Assembly (NCBI GenBank): GCA_905178155.1
Contig: CAJINV010000003.1
Location: forward strand, 3,777,600 to 3,841,599
Length of the DNA: 64,000 bases
Reading direction: 5' to 3'
Origin: Amoebophrya sp. A120
Lineage: Eukaryota > Protista > Dinoflagellata
The notes beneath the pieces are model-generated. The model had not been told where the DNA came from. It did not search any database and saw nothing but the letters and a program-made list of their open reading frames with translations. Both the position numbers and the translations under genes were made by a program. Shown one piece after another: positions 46,860 to 59,489 of this stretch. The number at the start of each line of letters is the position of its first letter. The stretch's first letter is position 1.

Positions 46860-49010
46860 ATGTTTCGCCTAACCAATTTTGTTGTCTTTCTTGCCGTCTT
46901 GGCGGTCAATACGGTGGACACTTTTGCGCGGAAACTGACGCAGACCCCGCAAACGCGGACCTACAGCAGGTCGTGGTCGTCGTCGTCGTCCTCTGTGTCC
47001 AGTTCTACCTCTACCTTCAACTACGCGAACGGCCGCTCGACAGAACACAAGCACGAGGACAAGCAGAAACGAACCAGCGACCAGGTCAACGATCAACCGC
47101 CGCAGACGACGCGCAAGGAAAGCGAGAAATCGACGGACAAAGTGGACGGTGTGAAGACCAAGGAAATCGCGGACTACGAGAACGCCGCGGGCGGATTCAC
47201 GTTGCCGGAAGCCTGCGCCAAAGCGGTCGACAAAGCGCACGAAGAGGATCGCGCCGACCACTGTGACGCTACCTACATCGGTGACATCGCTCCGGACCGG
47301 GTCAATTGTGCCCAGGAGGACCTGGCGAACTTGCCCCATGCGACCGACAAAAATTGGATGTATTTTGTTTTTCGATAGAGCGAGGTAACAAACCCAAACG
47401 AGAACTTCGCGGTTGAGTTCTCATCCGGCCGGCCGGCCGGATGAGAACTCAACCACATCAGCGGCGGAAATCGACCGGCTGGTCGTCCTGGTCAATTGGC
47501 CCGCCATTCGCTCGGGCGAAAGGGGGGGGGGCGGCCTGCTGGAGACCGACGCTTCCCTCACTCCACTTTCGCCGGGGGCCGTGTGCAACACAAAAACGCT
47601 ACGCGCGCCTGCTGTGAATACAGAGAAGCTACGCTATGCAGCGGGGCAGAAGTTGGAAAATTTTAAAGGTGGCGCATTGTGCGCGCCCGCCGCGGGCGCG
47701 CTTTCATAGTTGGACTGCGCTATGCCTTTTGGCTTCTGGGTGGAATTCGAAAGAATTGAATGCAAAAACATTCGCGGGGCTCGCAAACGCAATAGGCAAA
47801 ATTTCGCGGGGCGCGCAACGCGCGCCCGCTATACGTTGCAATCGCCGGCCCAGAAAGCGCGTCCGCGCGCCTCTCCGCTGGCTCATGCTTGCTTCGGCGC
47901 AACAGTTGGCAGATGCGCCGGATCCGGGTCGGACGCGCTTCGCGCGTCCACCGACTTGCGTGATGGGAGGCGGGGCCTCGCTCGGCGCGCCGGGCAACCA
48001 ATCTCCGACGCGCCGCGCGCGCTGCCCTTTGTTTCTGCCGGCGCCCGAATCCTGCGGCGCGTCGGGCTCCAAAGCTGCCCCCACCCGATAGCAGGGACAA
48101 TGCAAATGGCCTGGGCCGCGCTTATGTGTGCCTCCGCCGGGCTACTGGCGCCCTAGCAATCTTTATCGTTTCCCACACGCGAAGGCGGCGCAGCAGGATG
48201 GCCCGCGCGCGCAAGTTGTACGCTGTTGCTTTGCTTCCTGGTGGGGTTCGTCGGCGCCCGGCCGCAGCCGGCATGGTCACTCAGCCAGCGCTGCGCGCCC
48301 GCGTTGGGCTGTGCCCCCATCCTCTGGGCCCCCAGGCTTATCGTCTTTTCCGGCGACTCGCAGTAGAAGTAGCAAACAACGCAGCTTCTGCTTCTTGGCT
48401 TTAGGCACTTGCCGCAGCTTTTGCATGACAAAGCTCGGGCTTTTTGCGTAGAAGTGAAACTGCGCAGCTGGGGGGTGACAATCAAGAAGAAGAGTGAGGC
48501 CGTCGACCAGGAGGGAAGAAGGGGACCCGGACGACCGGCCGGCCGATTTCAATCCGCCACAGATGTGGTTGAGTTCTCATCCGGCCGGCCGGCCGGATGA
48601 GAACTCAACCGCGAAGTTCTCGTTTGGGTTTGTTACCTCGCTCATATACTTCTTCGAGATTTGTTTTTGTTTGTCGAAATCTACAACTCTGAGACTCACG
48701 TAGTCGGGTTCGACATTCATTTTACACCGATAAATAGAAGACGGCTTCGACATTCGCAAGATAATACTACAACAGGGCCACCTGCGACAGCGAGGTCCGG
48801 TTTCAGGCTCCGCCGCCGGCTTCGGCAGTCTCCGCGACCGTGGATGTGCCGGACGCCCCCGCGGAAGCAACTGCTGCGGATTCTACCCCCGGCAGCTTTG
48901 TGCAGCAGAAATCCCGGTTGGTGGACATGACGCTGGAGGAAATGGCGGAAACCGACGGCGAGCTCGAGGAGGAGATGATCGCCAGACTGCAGAACGAGCT
49001 GCAGTTGTGA
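46860..49010 (+). CDS. Secreted hypothetical protein; exon 1 ~46860-47360, exon 2 ~48765-49010; its intron carries a TIR element
   Basis: Signal peptide MFRLTNFVVFLAVLAVNTVDTFA; open frame YYNRATCDSEV...LQNELQL* after the element. Splice sites not resolved. Confidence 0.55.
47378..48643. mobile_element. Non-autonomous DNA transposon with perfect 82-bp TIRs and 3-bp TSD (ATA)
   Basis: 47378-47459 is the exact reverse complement of 48562-48643; ATA at 47375-47377 and 48644-48646; GC-rich non-coding interior. Confidence 0.93.
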
Positions 49011-50095
49011 GGTGGAACCGGGATGGGAAAAAATGACAAGATAAATTGTCAGGAAGAGATACACGGAATACAACAAGTGAAGCTTCGAGAAGGAGATTTT
49101 CACGGCTAAGTTTATGACTAGGAGAAAGTATAACTGCCGCCTTTAATGTAACGACAAATACGTACAAAGCCAGTTACTTCGTTACTTTATGATTTTGTAG
49201 TATGAAGAAACAAAGACAAACGACATATATCGATTGATTGTGTCCTAGAAAAAATTAAATCTTTTGACGGATTTATCTTTTTCAGGAGTTTCATCTGTTT
49301 CTCTACTATGCATTGCAGAGGTGATCGCAGTAAGACATTGCAAAATTAAATTGTTAGATAGAAAATTGTATGGATTGATCGCGTTATTGTGCGGCCGCGC
49401 CGATAGCTAAATGTAAATATAAATACGATGGAATGAGAAGGAAGATTGTTGATTACTCATCAAACAAATCCATTTTAGACGATGACTGGAGACGAGATAT
49501 ACAGGAAAAATTTTCTTCATAAGTCTGAGAAGAGGAGCAACAACGCTAGCGCTTGTTTGCCTTGATTTCCCCGGAATTTTTGGTCACATCGATGCACGTG
49601 TGTTTAAGCTCGGTCATTTCGTACGATTGGAAGTCGTTCATTGTCGGTGAAGGCCTCCAAAAGTTGGAATTTTTTCGGTCATCGTCCAAGCGGCGGCTGT
49701 TTACGCAATTTCGCCTATCGGTATCGCTGGCAAGATCGTTCAACTCCTTCAGGCTTCAGAAATCGTGCGCAGCGTACATTGCCTTCACGTTACGTTCAAT
49801 TATGTAAGTAAAGAAATTAAGTCTTTGAGCGTGTTTGGTAATTACTTATAATTTTTGGCCGGGAAATCGGTTTAGCAGGTCCAGGTTCATCTGAAAAGCC
49901 CAAGGAGGTGATTAGGTTCATCGCCAACCCGCTTTCAACCCTCTTAGCCCTTTTTAGGAACTGTTGGATTTTCCAAGGTAGGGTTGACTCAGCAAGTTTC
50001 GCACATCAGGGAAACGCCTTCGAAACTGCTACAGCCTAAATTGTCCAGGTTCGCAATTAGAAGACCGACCACCGAAGCACTTTCGCCTTAAGAGC

Positions 50096-50572
50096 ATGTT
50101 CGGTCGGAGCATCCGGATTTTGGGTGGTTGTGCCGTCGTGCAAGACGGCGCAGTTGGGCGGAAGACTGCCCAGAAACGACAGCACATGGATACCATCGAC
50201 GATCAAAAAGGACCGCACACCACCGTGCATTTCGAAGAACACTCGGAAGCGTCTACGATGCGTGATGGTCACGTCGACACTTCCGAATCTCACATGACGC
50301 ACGACCGGCAGGACGAGAAGTCTCGGACCGATCAGGATGCTGCACAGGCCAGTGCTTCGGGAGCCGATGGCGAGCCGGCAGAAGTTGCATGTGCCAAACA
50401 AGTCCAGGCTCTGCAGTCGCAAATTCAGGGTGCGGTAGTGGAGTGCACTGTCAACTTTGTCGCAGGTGGACAAGAAACTTTTGTTGGCGTGGATGTGCAT
50501 GGAAAAATGTGCACTGCTTCTCTCGCAACCTTCGTGAAATGTGAGGAACACAAACACGTCACGAACAAGTAG
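50096..50572 (+). CDS. Hypothetical protein, possibly a distant paralog of the 46860 gene
   Basis: 158-aa ORF with coding-like composition; charged S/T/D/E tract followed by ACAK, as in the 46860 protein. Confidence 0.4.
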   Translation: MFGRSIRILGGCAVVQDGAVGRKTAQKRQHMDTIDDQKGPHTTVHFEEHSEASTMRDGHVDTSESHMTHDRQDEKSRTDQDAAQASASGADGEPAEVACAKQVQALQSQIQGAVVECTVNFVAGGQETFVGVDVHGKMCTASLATFVKCEEHKHVTNK

Positions 50573-51823
50573 GACGCTCGAAAGAAGCAGTCAGGCTTGC
50601 ATGGCGATCCGAGAGTGCCGCAGATTTTTATCTCAGTTTGCACTCACAAATTTTTTTTACATCAGTCTAATTTTGGGCGAATGACACAGTAACTCAAAGT
50701 GTCGCTATTCAAGGTTGCCAAGATTGAAATTTCAGCGGAGGAAGCATTATTTATCAATACTTTACGGAACTTATCGAAAAAAATAAATACACCAGAAGCC
50801 GTTTATTTATTTTGGCGGACAATCCTGTTTCTATTGATTCTCTTTGTCTTTCTCAGTCTCATTGTCAATCTCTTTTCCTTCGCACTCCAGGTTTGCTTCT
50901 GATTACGAGTTGTCAGTATAATCCCCGGAGTTGAGTACATCGCCATCATCTCTTCTACATCTCGTTGTATCTGAATCTAGTTTAACACTTTCCTTTGCTA
51001 AATCTTGTTATGATGATTTTCTCTGTATCGGACGTCATCTGTCAGGTGTTTGGAAGGTCACTGAGTCTCGTCGTACGAGCAACGATTCCTAAGGGAGGCA
51101 CGGGCGCAAACCATGGCAGTGATGAAGTAACACGAAACCTGATTATGTTTGTGTGTCGTACCAGTATCGCCGCTCTGGATGCACTAGCAGATGATTTCGA
51201 GGTTCTAGTGTGTTGCGTTCCGCTTTTCGCCGGAAGACCCATTTACATTTCTGTTCCTGCGCCGAGTGGAAAAAGTTCATTCGCAGCCCGAAGTCAGATT
51301 CTTCAATCGGGTCCTATCGTGCAAGGGGCGGGGTCTCTTTTTGAATAGTGTTTATATTGCTTTTGTGAACATTCGACTCGTTCTTTATTGGTGGTTCGTT
51401 CTCGTCTTTAGCTATGGAATTGTCGTTCACTGTAGAAGTCGTCGAGTTAACCGAATCGGGGTGAGTTTTTTGGATAGTCAGAGGTGATTGTTGCTGCATG
51501 CCGCTACTTCGCTTTAATGTGAAAATATGCAGGTTCCAAACGCAAACCCTATGAAGCATCGCCCAACAGAAAGGCCTGACGTCCCTGACTTGCACGACCA
51601 CGATCTACTACGTTCTCTTTTGCCCTGTACCTTTTTCCTGACACTCATAAAATGATTAAACCGAGCAACATATCGTCAAAGTACGATTTACTGTCGCCCC
51701 TCAGATAGGACACGTTGCAGAGCACGAATGTCAGCATGCATCTAAGTATATGAAAAAGCGAAAGTTTGTTATATCGATAACGTTTGGAAGTAACACGATA
51801 ATGGTATTGGTAATATTCAGAAG

Positions 51824-53975
51824 ATGTTAGAAGTTCTGAAGCTGTTGTTTGGTGAAGAGAAGCAGACGAGCAGCCTGGAAAAACTCATTCCAGCTTTCTT
51901 TCGCACGGATGCCGAAGCAAACGCGGAGTCAGCGCACAATCGAGCGGTAGTCGCGACTGCTGGAGCTATCGCAACGGCGACTATACTTCTCGCTGCATTG
52001 CATAGGTACAATTTTATCAAGGCGAAAAAAACCACCAGAAACAGATTAGAAGACGACAATCATCAAAACAGCGACTCACCAGAAAGAAAACCGCGCAAAA
52101 CCGCATGGTTTCTCACGGAGCAGCTGACGCGCGTGTCAGTGCGCGACCTTGGCGCGAAACTTTTTTTCCGCCAGAGAGACTCGCGTCAGAGGCAAAGCCG
52201 CTTTTCAACCGCGGAAACAAATGAGTCCCCGATCGTGTTCGACTTCAAGCCGGGTACTGCGCTTCTCGCGGGTCCAGCCTACGCCGACCCGGACGCGAAT
52301 AACCCGGTCGCTTACGTACCACCCGCAGGTTTTCGGGTCTACGATTTCCTCTCCAAAGTGGCGTTTCCGAATCCCTCGTCGGATAGAAGAAACCACCGCC
52401 TGATGAACGACAAACAAGCTCCCTTTTTCATCTGCGTCGACAAAGCTCTCGCGGGGGTGGAATTGGAAGACGAGGTTGAAGCCGCGGCACTATACGACCG
52501 GTTCCAGTTCCGTTTGTCCTGGATTACTGCAGTGAGAACTCTCGCGGACGCTCTGGACGAGAAGCAGATTCTAGCGTTTCTCGCTACGGGACTAGGCTTC
52601 GCGTACGACAAGACCAAGCCAGCACGGGTGAACGTCTGGGAGTATGTGAAAGCGATGCAGCTGGCGCACAACTACTTAGTACTGTTCCCATCAGCGGTTG
52701 AAGGAGTTGCTGATGCAGGTGATACTGCCGCTACACCAACAGCGACGCGTACACAGACTCTGCCTTTGGTGCGAGTGGACTTGACGTACGACACCTGGGG
52801 AAACATCAAACAAAGTCTGCGCGCCGGGCGGCCTCATTTGGTGCTGCATCCGGACGTCGAGGCGCGAAGGGATATGAGCGAAGTGGAAAAACAGGCCCTG
52901 CAGCTAGAGGCGATCATTCACGAATACGCAGACAGGTATCCTACGCTACAGCCGACAAAAGAGGGTGGACTGGGCGACAACGCGAATATCTGTCTTGCGA
53001 ACTTCGTGAAGCAGAATGTTGATAATGAAACAAACGCTTCTCTTGGTACAACAGCACCTGCTTCCCCGACGAGAACTTCGCTCACAAGAGAGAGGATCCC
53101 AGCCGTAGCCGCCACCCCACCGCGACGGCCGTCGCTGATGCGGGAAGAGTTCGACGTGCCAGAAAGTGCTACCTCGGTCTACGGTTCCTTCGTGGACGCT
53201 GCGAAGTCAACCGACGCGCTGACGAAATTCCGAAATCTTTCCGGCAACAAACCGCTGAAGAAGCTGGGGAGAGTGTTGACCCTGCGGGAGATCATCTACG
53301 ACGTCGTGGGTAATTTCCACGACATCCAAGACTACGAGGACAAGGCACATTACCTGGCCGCGGCCTCGACCGACGGCGAGCGGCAGGCGGTGATTAACGT
53401 ACTGCGGGGCGTCGAGTGGGGCGAGTTTTTCGGCGTGCTGAAAACCATCGCGAAAAACAAGACCACGGGTGTATGGGAGCGTCAGGATTGAAATCGACAA
53501 AGTTGAAATAACTTGTAATGCATAAAATCGATACCAGTTAGAAGCCCAATTACCAAGCGGCGCATGACAAATTTTGGCACCGTCTAAGTCCAGTTTGTCA
53601 TGTTGTTTAGGGACAGAAGGCGTCCTTTGTCATGCTACTTTAGCAGCTGCATCGCAGACCCCAAACAGGCTGACAGTCGGCCTTACTTGCCATCCCTGCA
53701 AGAGAGGCACTTCATGCCTTGCAGTTTATGCATGAGAAATCATTTCAACTTTGACGATTTCAATCCTGACGCTTCCACAGGGCCGTGCAGAGCCGATCGA
53801 ACGGGTGAAAATGATACGAGAACTGTTTGCGAAGCACGTCACGGATGACAGAGACGAGAAAAGAAGAAGGCTGGAAAGAATGTCCAAACATGGAGCCACC
53901 CATAGCTGTATCAGTTTCATCTGTAAGCTAGTCCATGCTTTGGAGCCTCCCATGGCCACATCTTCAGACAAGTGA
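51824..53975 (+). CDS. Hypothetical protein with N-terminal TM segment; intron 53471-53780
   Basis: 555-codon ORF; removing the TIR intron joins KTTG|GRAEPIERVKMIRELF in frame to the stop at 53975. Confidence 0.7.
53471..53780. mobile_element. TIR introner, family C, with GT...AG ends
   Basis: GTATGGGAGCGTCAGGATTGAAATCGACAAAGTTGAAAT...GCATAAA versus TTTATGC...ATTTCAACTTTGACGATTTCAATCCTGACGCTTCCACAG (~55-bp imperfect TIR). Confidence 0.88.
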
Positions 53976-54677
53976 TTTCGTTTATTCGTGTATCTTGGGC
54001 GCACGAGGATCAGGTTCAGCAATCTCTTTCGCAAAATGAATTTTCCTGATTTCGATCTTTTTTCCGAAAGGGGGTCGCTATCCATCGTCCTTTTTCTTCA
54101 CACAAGTGTGGGGTCGTTTTGGGCATAGTAGTACTCAAAAGAGTTCACTACGAACTGTTGTGAGCAACACCAGCGCCGTGAATTGGTAGTTTTGTTTCGT
54201 GGTGAACCAATGCTGCGTTTTCAGCGAGGGGCCACTTCGAGCATCGTCCGAGAGATTTATCGTTGAGACGTCCAGGTCGTACTGTCTTCAAGTGAGGCAC
54301 CGGCAGTATAAATGTAAGTGCCTTTATTTGTTGTTTTCGTCCACCGCATGTCGTTCACCGTCACTGAGTCTGTAAGTCCGTAGATTTATGCTAGTTGGTG
54401 TTTCTGTGCACTTTATTCGATCAGCTACATTCACGGAATCACTCTCAGGATAAAGCTCACATTGAGAAGGAACAGCGTTGCATTTTTACAACCAGCTTAG
54501 AAACCGACGGTTTTTTTTGGCTGCGTCCCTGCACTGAAAAGTGAGTCTCTAGCACTACGCCCCCGAGGACCGTAGTGCAGAGACTCCGCGCAGCAGGTTT
54601 GTGCTCGAAAAGGGGTTAGTACCCATTGTAAAATTAATTATACGCTTCTAGTTCTACCCCATAGAAAACCTTTCAAG

Positions 54678-56538
54678 ATGCCGTTCAACATGGAAGCGTT
54701 GGAGAGCAAGCGGGCGGAGATCCTCGCGAACTCACTAGCGTCTGCAAACGAACCAAAGTTCGGGTACTTCGGTTTTACCGCACCGCTCGCCATTGGTGAA
54801 AACTCCAAAGCACCAAGGACAAAGAAGGTACAAGATCAATCTGTTGATCTCGTCGTGAAAAGTTTTCTAAGTAAAAATCCATAGTCGAATGAAGATACGA
54901 ATATTGTTGAATTTATCGTGTTGAAAACGAACCAAAACTTCAGATGACAGAAGAGGAGCTTGCGGAAAGAACAAGGCCAAACATAGTGACGAACCCAGGG
55001 AAGAAGGGCATGACACTGGTACTTGAACTTGTTTTTGGGCTCGTCGCGGCTCTTCCCTTTTTTTTTTGAGATCGAAGAATGTGAATGCTTTTTTTTCTCT
55101 CGGCAAAAAAGATGGCAAAGAGATACCATGGCGGGTAAAATGAACCAATTTTCACCTTGACATCACAGGACACCATGTTCGAGTTTATCCAGCCAATATG
55201 TATCGGCGACCCCTTCAAGGAAGCATCCGGCGCCGTGAAGCGAGACAAGGTAAAAATGTACGCCGAAGAGCCCTTTAGACCGCCAGGCGCGATCAAGGTA
55301 GGGACATCCGGTGGTTTGGTGTGGATCCCCAGCGGGGAGCCAAAAGTCACGAGACGAGAAAAGGTAGATTTGATTCTTGTTGTTTTTTTTTCTGCCGCAA
55401 TGCGCTCATGCTTTCGTTTCTTGAAAAATAAAAGATCAATACGGAATATATCAATCGAGACAAAGCGACCTCCCAACTCGCCCCACCAAAACAGGTAGAG
55501 CCGTTGATTCAGCCGAACATAATGACAAATCCGGCCAAGAAGGGTGGCGGTGGTATCATCACGCCGGGTGTCTTGTTCGGTTTTGGCGATGACGGGGAGA
55601 GGAGATTTCCCGCGCACGTTCCAGACGATTACGACATAGCGTAATAACCTTTTGGCATTTTAGTTTGATATGGATTTCTGAATACGCTGCTGTTGTTGTG
55701 CATCACTATCTTCCACGCAGTGCGGATTCCATTCAGATCTTTGAGCTTCCGTTTGCTTTGAGGATTAGAAACTACTAAACGTACCATGTGAAACGAAAAA
55801 CAGATCCAAGTTGAGACGAGAGGAGCTGAAGAAGGAAGCCGAAAGGACAACACACGAGCAGGCCTTCAAGGGACCGGGCTACGGCAACAAGACTTTCGAC
55901 GGGAACGAAGTCTTCCATTGCGACGTGCCCTACGGCATTCCGAGACCAGATGTAGAGAGCACTGCGAAGAAGGTATCGAGTCAATCTATCATTTGGAAAT
56001 GCAATTGAACTTTAGAAATATGCCCCTGATGCTTTTTTTTGTGAAGATGTATAAATATGTAGAGGAGGTCACTGCAGAGAGCCCTCGTCCATGCTTTTTT
56101 CCACTCGCATGCACAGGCTGTCCATGAAGCGCCTTTCCGACCCATCGGTGGTATGAAGGAAGGACACGACGCCTACATGGGCTACATAAATAGCGACGGC
56201 GACACAAGAAGCTTTCCCCACTGGATGCCTGATCCCATTCCTGCGCCGAGAAAACGAAAGATCGTTGCCGACGACGGCAAGGTTGTGGAGCCGTGGAAGG
56301 TAGTTAGAGTTGATTCTAGAAACTTTGAAAATTCTATCAATCCTCTGAAGCAGCTGCGTCCGTGTCATGGATCAATTTTCATCACACAAACAATGTGCGG
56401 TGTGGTCATTCTTTTCGCAAATACAAATAACAGGTTGGCGCCCCAGTGATGGTGGATACTCCGCAGCCACCCGTGCAGATGATCATGCGCAACCTGAAGC
56501 AGGAGTTTCCCAAGAGCTTCATACGGCCCAAGGTGTAA
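54678..56538 (+). CDS. CFAP96: Cilia- and flagella-associated protein 96 (C4orf47/UPF0602-like); six GT-AG introns
   Basis: NIVTNPGKKG, CIGDPF, PFRP, NIMTNPAKKGGGG, DDYD motifs; exons join in frame. Confidence 0.75.
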
Positions 56539-57472
56539 AGGCGAAAGGGGAGTTGGGGAAAAGTAAAAGTTGTTCCTCTTCGAGAATACAGTACCAGTGT
56601 CTTAGTTTCTTACAGTTTTCTTACAGTCAGTGGCAATAAAACCCGCGGCTACTTGACAATTCTTACAGTTGGTATAGCGTGAAAAACACAAATCAAAACG
56701 TGAAAGGTATAGCGTGAATCTAGCAATAAAGTAGCCCTATCAATAGCATGGTAGCGGATATTAGCGTGAATTCCCTTAACTGGCGTTTCTAGGAGAGCGT
56801 AGACAGTAGCTTTTAGCAGAACAAATGCACCCGAAATGACAAGGAGTGGTGGTGCGCATGGGAAATATAAATGTTTCTGTCCTGGATTGCGCAAAATGAA
56901 CCCGGATCAATAGTTTTCTTTTTGCTCCACGACACTGCAGGGACCATTTTGACGAATGAACTAAGTGCAAGTGTTGTAAAGCAAAAGCGAAAGAAACAAT
57001 GGATCGAGCGCACGAAAAAATCGGTGACTTTCGTTCACAGGGAATGATTCGGAAATTTTTTGTTCCAAGCGAGAGTAGATTCGTACAACCTCGTACAACA
57101 TGTGGATCAAAATCAGACATATTTTCAGAACAAAACACTTCGTAAATGACAGAAAATGTTCGAATGTCGAGGCTCGTTTACCATTCGATTTGACTTTTTT
57201 CACTTTCATCTTTCACAGGAACAGTTGCCTCCCCACGAAATAACGCTACGTACCCTCTTGAAGATGACAACATATCCAGAATGACTTTTTTCGAGTGCTG
57301 TCCACTACATTCTTTCAGATATTTTACACCAGAGTTCAGGTAGGCACGTTTGCGGTCATCTCCTGCTCCTGGAGATGACGCAATTTTCCTATCCAGTTCA
57401 TTTCCCGTGAGTATTACAGCTCAGACTTGGAGAATTTACCGCAATATTGAGTAAAAAGCTCCTCTGCCAACC

Positions 57473-59002
57473 ATGTCGACGGCGGGCATCACGTTGAAGG
57501 CCACCCAGGCGGATGGGTTTTACTTTCCGCCGGAGTTCGACCCGCAAAAACACGGCTCGATCGACAAGTTTCGCCGGGCCCAGGGGTTCGAGCACGCGCT
57601 CGGGAAAAACCGAACGAAAAACCTGCACAAGGGTATTCTGCAGATCCGGTTCGAGATCCCCTTCAAAGTGAAATGCTGCAACTGCGGCAACTTCATCGGC
57701 CAGGGTACGCGGTTCGACGCGGACAAGAAGAACGTGGGCCACTACTTCACCACCCCCATCTACGAGTTCCGGATGTACTGCGGGGAGATCGTGGACATCA
57801 GCCAATCTGTGAACGGCAAAACCCACTGCAACCAGGAATGGGTGATCCGGACCGACCCGAAGAACTGCGACTACGAACTCGTGTCCGGGTGCGAGCGACC
57901 CAAGGGACAGAGCGGGTTTCGCAGCGCGCACGAGATGAAGGGCGTGGCGGACGTCGAGAAGGTGACAGAACTCGACCCTCTTTACATGGATTTAGACGCG
58001 CGACGCGAAATGAAGAACGACCCCATGTTCCGCCTAGAGAAGCTCGCGGAGCTGCAACAGCAGAAGTTCGCGAAAGCGCACCCAGAGCTGAACTATCTTC
58101 CAGCCGCGAGGCCGCAGGTGCAGGACGCGGCGTCTGTCACAGGAGGTGCAGGAGCTCCTTCAGTAACCACGATGCCCTCCTCGTCTTCCTCAACGACAAC
58201 AAGGAGAGCGATGAGCAGGCAAGAAGACGAGGACGATTTAGACGAGGCCGGGACCATGTTCGACCCGAATAACCGTGGCGTGGACGATTTAGACGAGGCC
58301 GGGACCATGTTTGACCCGAATAACCGAGGCAGGATGGCGGGAGCCGGCGCGCCACATCCAGATGACGACGAGCACATTCTGCTCACGAACAAAGATCGGC
58401 GCGAGAAGAACGCGCACCTGCAGGAGAGCATGCTGAATTGCCCGGTGGAGGCGATGCGGAACAAGCGGGCAGCTCCGAAGATGACGACCGAGGAGGCGGA
58501 TCAGCTGCGGGCACAGGAAGCGTCGTTGCTGGGTCCGCAGGAGAAGAGGCGGCGGGCAGACGCGCACTTGCAGGACTTGTACAAGTTGCGACACAAGACG
58601 AATCGCAGCGACTTTTCCGTGAACTCGCAGATGCGCAAGATGTTGCGCACGGACAAGAAGAACGACAAGGCCGAGAAGGATCTCATCGCCCAGACGGGCG
58701 GGATCGCGGGACGCAGCAAGATTCTGGCGCTCGCGAACGCGCAGCTGTCCGGCAACGCCTCGCTGATTGGCCAGCTGAAGCAATCGCGAAATGCACCCGA
58801 GCCCGCGTCGGGCTCCGCGCGGCCAAAGGTGTTCAACGAGCGGCTGCAGTTCGAAAAAGACGTCGAGCGAAGGAAGGTCCTGAACAAGGACACGGTTTTG
58901 CCGCGGGCGCAACAGCGGTCCGGGAACTTCGGAAAGATGGAAGATAAATTTGCGCTCTTCAAGGCGTGTCAGTCCCAGATCGGACGCGATCGACGGAAAT
59001 GA
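57473..59002 (+). CDS. CCDC130: Splicing factor YJU2B/CCDC130 (CWC16 family)
   Basis: FYFPPEFDPQKHGS, GILQIRFEIPFKVKCCNC, TRFDADKKNVGHYFTTPIYEFRM, IRTDPKNCDYELVSG, DPMFRLE. Confidence 0.9.
   Translation: MSTAGITLKATQADGFYFPPEFDPQKHGSIDKFRRAQGFEHALGKNRTKNLHKGILQIRFEIPFKVKCCNCGNFIGQGTRFDADKKNVGHYFTTPIYEFRMYCGEIVDISQSVNGKTHCNQEWVIRTDPKNCDYELVSGCERPKGQSGFRSAHEMKGVADVEKVTELDPLYMDLDARREMKNDPMFRLEKLAELQQQKFAKAHPELNYLPAARPQVQDAASVTGGAGAPSVTTMPSSSSSTTTRRAMSRQEDEDDLDEAGTMFDPNNRGVDDLDEAGTMFDPNNRGRMAGAGAPHPDDDEHILLTNKDRREKNAHLQESMLNCPVEAMRNKRAAPKMTTEEADQLRAQEASLLGPQEKRRRADAHLQDLYKLRHKTNRSDFSVNSQMRKMLRTDKKNDKAEKDLIAQTGGIAGRSKILALANAQLSGNASLIGQLKQSRNAPEPASGSARPKVFNERLQFEKDVERRKVLNKDTVLPRAQQRSGNFGKMEDKFALFKACQSQIGRDRRK
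58231..58330 (+). repeat. In-frame 51-bp tandem duplication (DDLDEAGTMFDPNNRG x2)
   Basis: Copies start at 58231 and 58282 and are nearly identical. Confidence 0.92.
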
Positions 59003-59489
59003 TATATAGATGTTTTTTTCCAGCACAAGCGACAGTATTTCTTGACCGATTCCTGCCTGCTGCGCCCTGGTGGTGTGCGACAGGAGAGGCGGTGTTACCA
59101 AACTGGTCTTTTTTGTTACCCTGTGTTGACAAGAATAGAAACGAGTTACAACAGACTACCCCGGCGGTTCAGTTATGTACAAAGTGCAGGTCACCAGGAC
59201 TTGTTTCAATTTTGATGCTGTCACAGCGTTTTCTAGACCAAGGGCTGTTCATTGGTTGTTTTTGTCGGTGAAAGGAGCGATCAGTCGTGGCTGGCTGACC
59301 CAACCTGGATCTTCATGATATGCATCGGTAGCGTATCTGGAAGAAGATACGAGGGGAAGAAAAGCGATCACGATTTAATGATGAGCAAAGCTAGATCGAG
59401 GTCTCTTGTTTGTTGCCGAGGTGCTGCAAGTTCCGTGACGAGTGCGTGTGTATCGTGCACATCAGTATTTCATGTTGCTCCTCAATTCC

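Noticed and set aside
50699-51601. Small hydrophobic ORFs
   Set aside because: AT-rich, no homology recognised, no convincing exon structure.
56671-56772. Three TAGCGTGAA copies downstream of CFAP96
   Set aside because: Too short and irregular to assign a function.
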